DNA from: Folioceros fuciformis
Lineage: Eukaryota
Reading direction: 5' to 3'
DNA length: 20,000 nucleotides
Assembly: GCA_049999805.1 (NCBI GenBank)
Contig: JBNGIO010005951.1
Coordinates: 192,240-212,239 of the forward strand
The position numbers and the translations under genes were made by a program. Positions 1-10,187 of this stretch are shown piece by piece. The notes below the pieces were generated by a model, which was not told where the DNA came from, did no database searches, and worked only from the letters and a program-made list of their open reading frames with translations. Positions within the stretch are counted from its first letter, which is position 1. Each line of letters starts with the position of its first letter.

Positions 1-2700
1 CATCTGCGACACCCAGAGGAAACAAACATGTTCCCACGTCTTACAGTCTCACCTACGCTGGCAAACACACAGGATTTCCCGAGACCATGATTCCCGGACA
101 CAACTGTCGCTGCCCTCCAGTCCAACGTGATGCGCCAGGACTTTCTCCGAAATAGCGGATGATTTCACTGGCAGCTGTCACCAATTCCTGATACCATCCT
201 CCAGATAACGATCCCGCTGCAACTTGGACTCTCCGATGAACTTGCAGGGAAGGATCAGGCACCCGGGATGCAATCCGTGGGAGCTGCAGATCTCCAAGGT
301 CCAAAGCAGATTTGGCTTAAACTCTCCTCATGCTGCATCCTAGCCGTGGGCGATACCAAGGAAGTTCGGGACTAGCCGCCTATAGAGGGGCATTTGCATT
401 GAAAACAGGTAATGCTAGACGGTTTCCAGTTGGGTCCTGGGGCTTACGGTCATTCATTTGCTGCAGCCAGTGCTTGTCTGGCTTGGGGAGGTGGGCGATC
501 CTGTGGCCGGCCATGCGACCCATTGTCAGCAAGCTGTGACCAGGAAAGGATGGCAGCGATGTGCGGCATGTGCAGGGAATGCCATGTTCCTGCAATGTTC
601 ATCTCTGTCACAGCAGCTCAAGGATCAGCTGTGTCAGCCGTGTCATTGTGGTCAGGACCCAGCTCCTGGAATTTGAAACGACGGAATGTTCCTAGCTTTG
701 TCACAGGCAGAAGGAGGTTGGCGGGCTCCGTTTTGTCTGTGAGAATCGTGTCGCTGATGCAGAAGCTGGAGACCTTTCCGCTTTTTCTCCCGACTGATGT
801 GGAGAAGCTCCAGGAAAGAGCTGCTCGGGATATGGCTGCCAGGATTCAGCAGCTTCCAGTGCAGGTTTTGTGGCGTCTTCGTTTGGTGCTGGATGCTGCG
901 GCTTGAGGTTATTGCTCCCCTGATTTTGGTCCTGACAGACGAGCCTATCCGCTGATCCAATTTTGACAAGTTGCGTGGCACCTTCGGGTGCTCACAAGGA
1001 CTGGCCACCACTCATGCTGCTGCATGGGTTTGATAGGTGATACTTGCTTCGGCGGTTTTTGCTGGCCTTATGGTGTGCTTCTGTGTGTCCTTTCCCTCTG
1101 GAGATCAGTGTTCAGGGGGATTTTATGTACTGCGAGCAACTAAAGCTGCTGTTTTTTTGTTGCGTCTTTTGGTAATGACCTCATGGTAGCTCGTGTCTAG
1201 AATGGCGGAGGACTTTCCCTCTGCTTGAGAAGGCTGGTCTTCGGCCATGGGCTATTGACATCCTTGGCTCGGGATTTTCGAACACAGGCAAGGCCACTGC
1301 TCCTTCTTATCTCTAGTTGAGCATGGGAACCTGAAGCCCGGAGAATACTTTCATCCACTAGCTAGCTAGTGTCTGTGATGGCTGATTAATATGCTGTGTG
1401 CAGCTAAGGGGATCTCATCCTTTGGAGTGGTTGCCAAGCGAGAGCACCTCTATGAGGTACGTCAATGGATTGGTTGTGTGTGACCCTGTGCAGTTATCAT
1501 GTCATGTTCTCAGGTGAGATACAAGGTAACAAGTAGGAATCTCTTCATTGTAGTTTTGGAAGACTCACATTGGAGAGCCTGTCATATTGATCGGGGCAAG
1601 CCTTGGTGGTGCAACTGCTTTGGACTTCACATTGGCTCACCCAGATGCCGTAAGCTTTCTGTTTCTACTGCCCTCATCATGCATACCATACGAAAGGAGC
1701 TCTGTGGAATAATTTGTAGTGGACTGGCTGATTTGCTCACCTTCAGGTCCACAAGCTGGTGCTCATAAATGCTCAAGGATATGCAGAAGGTATTGGAGAA
1801 AAAGATGCACTGCCGAAGTACTTGGCGTACATTGGAGTACGTTCTCGTCCTTTGTATCGATTCGGAAGCATGATGTGCCTGTAGACCTGTTTCTTCGGTC
1901 ATAATGTCTTGTCATTCCTTGAATCAGGCAGCAGTTCTCAAGAGTGTGCCATTGAGGGCGTATGCGAATACTTTGGCATTCGGCAAGATTTCTGCAGAAA
2001 TCCTCTTCGACTCCATGCGTGTACTGCATACCCCATCCTCTTTGTCTGTCTCCCATCTTGCTTTGTGGTCAGCCAAGGGTGTAACTCTCCTGATCCAGTG
2101 CACATTCATGTTCTTTGAGTTTGCCCAACTTCACAGGTTGGGAGATTGCATTGCCTCATGCCAGGCTGGGCGGACGCGTTGGTTGACTTCATGCGAAGTG
2201 GTGGCTACAATGTTAGTTCGCACGTCCAAGAGGTCTGCTTGACTCTTCCTTTCAGATTGCAGCAACTCTGCAATCTGCACGAGGTTAGGGTAGCTCGTGT
2301 TTGAAACGTTTCATTACGAGTGCATCAAGGGGAAGTTCTTGTTTTTTGGGGGTGTGCACTCGATGCAGGTGCAAAAGGAGACTCTAATACTATGGGGGGA
2401 GAAGGACAAGATTCTTCCTAAAGAGTACCCTGAGGTTCTCATTTTGCTGTGCTGATTTCTTGTCCAAACCTGCTAGCCTAGCGGTCCCACCCTTGCCTGT
2501 TGCTGTTGCTGAAGGCAATTCTGGCTGCCTTTGCAGATGTTTAAGGCAGACCTGCAAAACTCTGTTCTGCACTATATTCCGGACGGTGGTCACATACCAC
2601 ATGTGCAAAATCCGGAAGTCGTGTCATCTCTGGTATCAGACTTTGTCAAGAATCCGTTCCTGGAGAGCCGCCAGATTCACCAGTGAAGCGGGGACAAGAA
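1..2700 (-). mobile_element. Probable highly degenerate non-LTR (LINE-like) retrotransposon relic, running off the left edge
   Basis: Minus-strand translations are broken by stops and frameshifts but show motif-like remnants in LINE ORF2 order. RILDKV and CDHRP (~2580-2660) resemble APE endonuclease RLDR/SDH. VFAYALNGTLL..EETGL (~1880-1975) resembles RT YADD plus GLxIN. SLRHLGEP (~1635-1660) resembles YLG. NPVCLP..KTWEHVCF (~20-80) resembles the C-terminal zinc knuckle ETxxHLF. Motifs are degenerate and boundaries approximate. Confidence 0.4.
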
Positions 2701-3161
2701 TGGGCGACGAGAATGGTAGGCCAAAGGAACAAAAGTGGGGAGGCAACGGCCCCGTCTCAATCCCTAGTACCTACTCGGAGTCCCTGGGGCATGTAGCTTT
2801 CTTTCGCTTCTTCGCATGATAATGGACTACTATCATTAAGGCACGCAGGTTTAGTGGACTGCATTAGTCTTAATTCTCTCTTGTGCCTTGGTGTGTTCAC
2901 AACCGGTCCTTCAACTTGAGCACATGCTGACTATCGTGCGTGCCGCAGCACGAGAGCTATCTGCAAGGCAGATGAACGTAGAGGAAGTGGGACTGAGGGA
3001 ACCGGCACATAGCTGCAGTGTCAAGTCCTTAAATTGACCTCGATACAATTCTAACATGTTCGTTACAGATGATGTGTACAGCGAATGGCAACAATCGAAT
3101 GTCTCTATCTGGATCGAATGACGCTGCTAGCTGGCAGCTACGTACACATTCTGTTCGAGGC

Positions 3162-6022
3162 TCAGGTTCGTGTCACCATGCCCAACATCTCCAAAGCTGC
3201 CCGAGGTTGATCCGCAGGAAGCTGGACGACACACAGCACAACCAAAACAGCAACGTTACCAGATGCATCTGATGTTCACGGGCACTGGTTATGGTCGTAT
3301 GACTTGTGAACACACCAAATGTCCGGCGTTGAGAATCCAATAGAATGCCAGATTCCGGTACTGCTTCACAAATCCAACAGTCGACTGTTCTCCGAAGTAC
3401 AAGGGTTTTCGCCTGGCCGCATTGAAGTGTGCCAGGCCCCGCCACCTGAAGAAAGAATTATCACGTACGGTGGGGGCTTGTCAGAAGGTCCCCTTTGTCA
3501 ACTGCTTTTGGCACCTTTTAAGAACTCCACCTCTGTGCAAGCATCCCAGGAAATCGTCTCGTCCCTTACTTGAGCTTCTGAACCCAGGCTTCTGTTCCGG
3601 GAGTAGCGCAAATGAGGTCCAGCTATCATCCGAGACACCATTTCCCCACACATCAGTCTCAGGTGCTGACGTTCATGGAGCATCATGTGGACTAGAGTCT
3701 TCGAAGGCTTGCAGATAACACTACGTTGTATCTGGATACAAGGTACTGTATTTGGATGGTGCTAACCTGGCCATTGTAAACGGTGACATTGACGCCGAAC
3801 TCCAGCAGTGCGGTTACCTGCAGGTTATGTACAAACAGGTTTGAACAGCCGGTGGGATGAACGGGCCTCGAAAGTGAGAGGAAATGCTAGCCCTTCCAAC
3901 GGAGGCGAACGAGATAGAGTTACCTGTGCAATGGTGTCTTGCATGAAGTCTCCGGCAAGGGCAGCAAAAACCACATCGGAGGATGTCACCCACCTGCTCA
4001 GAGACCGGAAATTGTGTGAAGCCACAAGCGCGCACAGGTCTGGCAGCAGACACTCGTGACTGTAGCAGGATACAAGAAAAGTCTAGACCATACTCACGTC
4101 CAGTTGGCAGGAACGATACCAAGTTTTTGTCTGATTGGCCCATTCATGAGCTCCTCCAACAGGCCGTCTACATCAGAATCATGTGTTTGGAACTGCAGTG
4201 CCCGATTGCGCAGGTAAGGGGCAGGGGCAGGGGCAGCGGTAGTCCCAGTACCAGTCTGGCCAACAAACGCCTGTTGACCACCCTGCGGTGATGCGTTTGC
4301 CAAATCGGGAGCCAGAATGTTGTAAAAATTCTGCGGCACATGAATCACATCCTCATGAGTCCGGTTGAGAATTACAAGAGTCCTGGCCCAGTCTCACAAG
4401 GTCTCCGAAGCCATGCTACTGCTCTTGTTTCCACCCACCACGCCGTTGGAGACTTGGAGAACGACGGCCTCCAAGGCCCGCCAGGCTCGCTCTGCGTCAA
4501 GCCAACGCTGGGCCTCTACCAGGTGCACTAGATTATCTGTCGCACTACACAAAACAGCCCGGGCCAAAAACACGATGTATAGCAAGCAGCATCCTCATCA
4601 TTGCACAACAGCTTCCACCAACTGTGGCTGTCTAGCAGCCCAGAGGAAGGTTTCGATGCCCCAGTACCTCTTTATGCTGGCAGCTGCTTCGTAATCTACC
4701 CGAGACATGCTCTGAAGGAAAGGACCCCACGAAACCTGCCCACAAACATGCACCTGTATGCTCAAACCTGGCCTTCAGACACTCGTAAGCTCTTCCAACA
4801 ACATGCCCCAGCTGGAGAGGCACTATCATTGTGCCACGTACCACAGAATCGAGAGGTGAGATCCAGGCATCACCAAGAGCCACTCCTGCCATGGTGTGTC
4901 CACCGAACGGGGTTAGCAAGAATCCAAGCACCTCGAGTCCGATGCACAGCTTCATAAACAATGCCACACTTGCTCGAGATTGGAGCACCACACGAACCCG
5001 ACGACACGATCATCAACAAGTGAGTCTGGCCAATCTACCAGCAAAGTTCACATGGAGCTCCCCGGAACGGGTGGCATTGTGAAGGGCCAGGCCCAGCTCC
5101 GTCGCAAACTTTCCGCCATACGATTCGCTGAAGACATACAAGGGATTCGCTGCCAGCGCCGGGTGCTTTTTGTAGAACTCGGTCAAGAGGCACATGAGAT
5201 CGGCAGTCACCTGTGCGTTGGTGGTCGTGAGCAACGCCGTGTCGTCCACATAGCTGAAACCTTGGGCACCCAATTCCCACAATCCCACACTCAGCCATGG
5301 ATCTCGATCGAGAAACCACAAAATACTTACCTCAAATCCACGACCTCGACTCTCACACAAACTATTAAAGATTCACGAACTCGCCATTCCCCTCACTTCT
5401 CACCTGTGCCCACTGGATTATCCTGCACTCCATCGCATCGCACCAACCTTGTCAGCAACTCGGCCACTGCCACAAAATCTCACCCAGTCCATCTATCACC
5501 ACCACCCTCCGCTTACCACGAACAGAAGGTGCGCCTTCTTCAGCCAGGTGTGCGGATTGGGCTGGAGCCTGGTGTCCAAGGGCCCGATTTCGGAGAAATC
5601 CCCATACCCGATCCCCGACGCCCCCTGCACGCAATATCGGACTTTCCAGCTCTGAAATTCAAAACCAAGATTCATCCACAACCCAATAAACCCAATTCAG
5701 CCATCTCACCGGGCCGCCTTGGAGCCACAGCAGTAGGGGAACAGAAGCAGCCGACCCCTCCTTCCCGGGACTGTGGTACAGCCACCAGAACAAGTGCGCA
5801 CCTGCCATGCCAACATCAATCGTGACTGACTCTTGCTTGGTTGTCGCCCCTGTCTGTATCATGTTCCAAAAGCCACCAGCAATGGTCACCTGGGCGCACG
5901 TCAATGTACCCCCACTCCTCCGCACGGTCGGAGGCGCCGTTGCTCACGTCGCCCAGAACCGCCCTGACGAGAAGCAGCAAGACTAGCAGACTCCTCACTG
6001 CAATGCGGCTGCCGCGGGCCAT
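3162..6022 (-). CDS. Serine carboxypeptidase-like protein (peptidase S10; SCPL51/SCPEP1-type), 14 exons, ~462 aa, secreted
   Basis: Exons: 6022-5890, 5801-5710, 5624-5517, 5422-5404, 5260-5039, 4885-4842, 4735-4668, 4544-4439, 4330-4098, 3993-3924, 3817-3767, 3622-3570, 3445-3316, 3221-3162. All introns are GT-AG and the frame is continuous (1389 nt). Signal peptide MARGSRIAVRSLLVLLLLVRAVLG. Motifs: WGYIDVRPGAHLFWW, LWLQGGPGASG, DNPVGTGFSY, catalytic SESYGG, GVALGDAWISP, YNGQLDLIC (Asp), NAGHLLPADQP (His). Confidence 0.93.
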
Positions 6023-6557
6023 TTCGGATTCGAAGCTGGAATCCGGGCCAGGCTGATGGTTTGCGAATTCTGAGGCTGAAAGCCCTGCAGAAAATGCAGA
6101 AATAACACACGCCTGCGGCTTCACGCCCTCCGCTTCCAACGTCGCCGAGGCGAAGCAAGGCACCCGTGACATGGCCTGACGGCAGTACCTTGGACCCCTC
6201 AACTGGACATCGATTGCGACGAAGAAATCTTGACAAAGTTTTTCGTCGCCAGTCAGTGAACAACTTCCTTTCCAGGACAGTAACCTGAATCACTCGTGAG
6301 CCTCGTAGGATTTGTTCCAACTTTGCATGGAGGTCAAAAACGTCCAGTTGTTTGTGAACCAGTATTGTTTTAGAGGTAGTTTTTGCGATCGATAGAACAT
6401 TTAAAGAGTCCCATCTTCTGCTATTTTATCGAAGGGTCTCTGCCTCAGCGCAGAGTTCGCGGCCGAACGCAACAAGTGATGTCCACTGGGAGCGAGCAGA
6501 AAGCCTTGCTTCGCATGCCATGAACGGCCAAGGCCAAGGTCCGAAGATTCGAATGCA

Positions 6558-7746
6558 CTAGAAATCCTCCGCTTCGCCATCCAGGTAAAATCTGTCTGAT
6601 TGCAACTCACTTGCTGGCGACAAAGCGAGCAACACGCCATCGCTTGCTCCTTCAGCAGCAGTCCTCCATACCGTTCCGGGAGGAGCCCGGCGGTGTCCCC
6701 AGGCCCACTCGCTGATATCGGTGACAGTCCAGTTAGGGCAATAAGAGATCACATGCACCTTTTGCCCTGGAGGCCTGTCACCAAGCTGCGCAGCCAAGAT
6801 CCGAGAATACGCGTTCACAAGGGCCTTGGAAACGTGGTAGTGAGTGATGGCCCATTTGTCTTTCTCGGGCTCCTCCTTCAGAGATGCGTAGTATTCCTGC
6901 ACCAATTTGTCCAACACTTCCTCTGAAAGTTTGTCCACTTCTTCCAGAGTCTGCCTCACTGAATCCTTGTTGATGTACTGGGAAGCGGGAAACAGGGTGA
7001 GCTTTGCAGGTTAATCAAGAAACAGCACAAGCGGGAGAGTCCATGACTTAGAGGAAAAATGGAGGGAACAAAAGACTGTACTTACCTTCAACAGCCCTGC
7101 CCTAGAGCTAACGATGATCATTCGAGCCCCGGCCTCTGATGCTCTCAGCAGAGGCAGGATGCTTCGGGTCACAATCTTGACGCCGTAGAAGTTTGTGTTG
7201 ATGGTCGGTGCAGCATCTTCAGGTGTGTTGTCATAGAAGAAGATGCCAGCATTGTTAACCTGACAGAAAGAAGACGGAGCCGTAAGAACGGCACTTGCAG
7301 ACAACAGAATCTCATCCAACAGCTAACAGGGCACGAAAAAAATAGCGTTCGGCATCAATCACCCAACCAGTATGTCAACAGCATCGTACTGTTCCTTCAA
7401 CCAATTTGCAAGCTTCTGTGCCGACTCCTCGCTTGCAACATCCAGCTGATGATACACAACCGGAAGCCCCTCATCCACCAGCTTCTTCACAGCATCTCGC
7501 CCTCTCGTCTCGTCCCGTGAGGTCAGCACTGTGGTTATCCCGTTCTGTGCGAGCTGCTTGGCTATCTCGAAGCCTATGCCTTTGTTGCCCCCGGTAACAA
7601 CAGCCACGGTATCCTTGGACCACCACCTGATTGCACCACACCAGGGTACTGGCTAGGTAAATACAGTTGCGTGCTCGAGAAATGACAGCCACTGGCATAT
7701 CACAGATTTTCCAGGACGGGCCAGACCTCGCCTTCTCACTCGTCAT
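6558..7746 (-). CDS. Short-chain dehydrogenase/reductase, carbonyl reductase (CBR1/neomenthol dehydrogenase-like) family, copy A, ~290 aa
   Basis: Exons 7746-7727, 7626-7368, 7259-7086, 6977-6558 with GT-AG introns (873 nt, in frame). Motifs: RWWSKDTVAVVTGGNKGIG (TGxxxGxG), HQLDV, DILVNNAG, NFYG, IVSSRAG, catalytic YHVSK, CPNWTVTD, TAAEGA. Confidence 0.92.
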
Positions 7747-8353
7747 TGTAAAGCCTCAAGTTGGAGCTGCGTTCACACTCTGATGCCACGAAATTGCAAA
7801 TGACACTACAAGCTTGTCCCTTGTGATGCAGAGTCGTGGTGACACGCGGGAATAAGTGCACAACTGGAGTGCTGAATGGCGCTTTCGAACAACCTCCAAC
7901 CATAAAACACGGAACTCTTTCTCCCACACGTCGTGTCGTGTCACCTCGCCCTGACGGAGGTTTCTTGGGAAGATGCTGTACAGTACTGTACGTGGGTTCC
8001 TGGCAACTACTACCCATTTCCTTTCCCTGGTCTTGTAATCTTGGGAGCGGGAAGTAGCTCAGGAAAAGCTGTCTTTGACTCCGGGCCGGCTTGTCGAGGG
8101 TTGCGTGCGCGGCCATGGATGGTCTTCCCAGCTGTGCTAATATGTAAATGTAAATATGGTATTTTACGGAACTCATTTGAAGGCCAACACATTCAGCAAC
8201 GAAAGCGAGAGCTCAGCCTCAGGGCAGGGCTAGCAGCGGACAGCCCAAGAGGTGCCTGCAGGGGGCAGGGTACATGTCTTCATAGAGTTCACGAGCACAC
8301 AGACTTGCTTTGCCTTTCATGAAGGGACCAAGAAAAACACAAGTCCGACTGCA

Positions 8354-9537
8354 CTAGAATTCCACCACTTCCCGATCCGCGAAAAATTTGCCCGAGCTGT
8401 TTTGCAACTCACTTGCTGGCAACAAAGCTAGCCACACGCCATCCGCTGCTCCCTCAGCAGCAGTCTTCCAGACTGTTCCGGGAGGAGCCGCGTTGTGTCT
8501 CCGGACATCATCGGTCATATCCGTGAGAGTCCAGCCGGGGCAGTATGGGATCACATATACTTTTTGCCCAGCGGGCCTGTCACCAAGCTGCTTAGCCAAG
8601 ACCCGAGAATACCCGTTCACAAGAGCCTTGGAAAAGTGGTAGTTAGTCTGGGCCCACCTTTCTGTCTCCGGGTCCTTCAGAGATGTGTAGTATCCTTGCA
8701 CCAATTCGTCCAACACCTCCTCCGAAAGCTTGTCCACATTTTCCAACGTCTGCCTCACAGACTCCTTGCGAAGACGCTGGAACAAGAGAACCGTACAGGA
8801 TTAGCTTTGCAGTTTGGGCGGGAGATAGTCCATGACGATCGAGCTAGCGACAGGCAGACTGAAGTAGAGAACACAAGACTGGACTCACCTCCAACAGCCC
8901 TGACCGGGAGCTAACGATGACAACTCGCGCGCCGGCCTCTGACGCTCTCAGCAGAGGCAGGATGCTTCGGGTCACAATCTTAACCCCGTAGAAGTTGATG
9001 TTGATGGTCTCTTCAGCACGGTCACCGGCTAAGGCGACGCCTGCATTGTTAACCTGACAGAAGACGGAACCTTCACAACGGCACTCGCAGACAACAGATA
9101 CTCATCCAACAGCTGACACGGCAAAGAAAGAAATAGCTTTCGGCATCAATCAACCAACCAATATGTCAACAGCACCATACTGCTCCTTCAACCAATTTGC
9201 AAGCTTCTGTGCCGACTCCTCGCTTGCAACATCCAGCTGATGATACACAACAGGGAGCCCCTCGCCCACCAGCTTCTTCACAGCATCTCGCCCTCTCCCC
9301 TCATCCCGTGAGGTCAGCACTGTGGTTATCTCCATCTGTGCGAGCTGCTTGACAATCTCGAAGCCTATGCCCTTGTTGCCCCCGGTAACAACAGCCACAG
9401 TATCCTTTGTCCACCATCTGCTAGAACTACAACAGGGGACAGGCTGCGTAAGTACACTAGCGTGCTCGAGAAATCAGAGCCACTGCCACAACACAGACAT
9501 TTCAAAGCCATCCAGACCTCGTCTTCCCCCTCGTCAT
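8354..9537 (-). CDS. Short-chain dehydrogenase/reductase, carbonyl reductase family, copy B (tandem paralogue), ~288 aa
   Basis: Exons 9537-9518, 9417-9159, 9053-8889, 8776-8354, with the same intron positions and phases as copy A (867 nt). Motifs: RWWTKDTVAVVTGGNKGIG, DILVNNAG, catalytic YHFSK, YCPGWTLTDM, SGKFFADREVVEF. Confidence 0.92.
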
Positions 9538-10187
9538 TGTAAACCCTCGGATTCCAGATGCGTTCACGTTCTCACTCCTCGAAGTTGCGAATGGCACCAA
9601 TCTATTGTTCCTGGTGTCACATTTCTGTTCCTCAACAAACAAGCACCTCAAGCAGAAATGCTGGTGGGTCTCCTAGGCAACCCGTCTCCATCTCATTTGA
9701 CGATGGCAAAGCAGTTCACCTACCCGGGCAGCGCATAGAAAACACAAAAACTAACTATGCTCATACAAACATAGCACTAGAATAATGAAAATGTGGACAG
9801 TAACATCCAAAAAGGTATATAAGATCAAAGGGTGTGAAGATCACAGATCATGTCACCTTCTAACCTAAGACTGAACACGTCTCAAAGATTCCAAGGATTA
9901 GAACTTGTGATTGCAAAAGTGGCCAACTGCTTACATTCAATAACATGGATGGATTCATATGATTGAACTGTAAGAAATCCTCACCACATTGGACTACACG
10001 TCCAAGCTAGAAACCACCCATGTTGTGACAAACTGTGTCTCCTCCTTATTCCTATTGTTGTTGTTATTGGACGGAGGGAACATATCTCTAAGCCTCGGGA
10101 CAGAGGAAGCATGCTGCTATCAAGCTAGCCCTAAATTCCACGAAGGGAAACGAGCTAACCAAGCACGGAGACAAGGTGACGTTGTAG

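Larger units (their letters stand above)
6550..9560. repeat. Tandem duplication of the SDR gene (units ~6550-7770 and ~8345-9560)
   Basis: Exons and introns align between the units. For example, intron 2 has 'acggcacttgcagacaacagaatctcatccaacagct' in copy A and 'acggcactcgcagacaacagatactcatccaacagct' in copy B. Unit offset is ~1.8 kb. Confidence 0.9.

Noticed and set aside
4980-5825. 281-aa plus-strand ORF
   Set aside because: It is antisense to SCPL exons 2-5 and their introns and has no recognisable domain.
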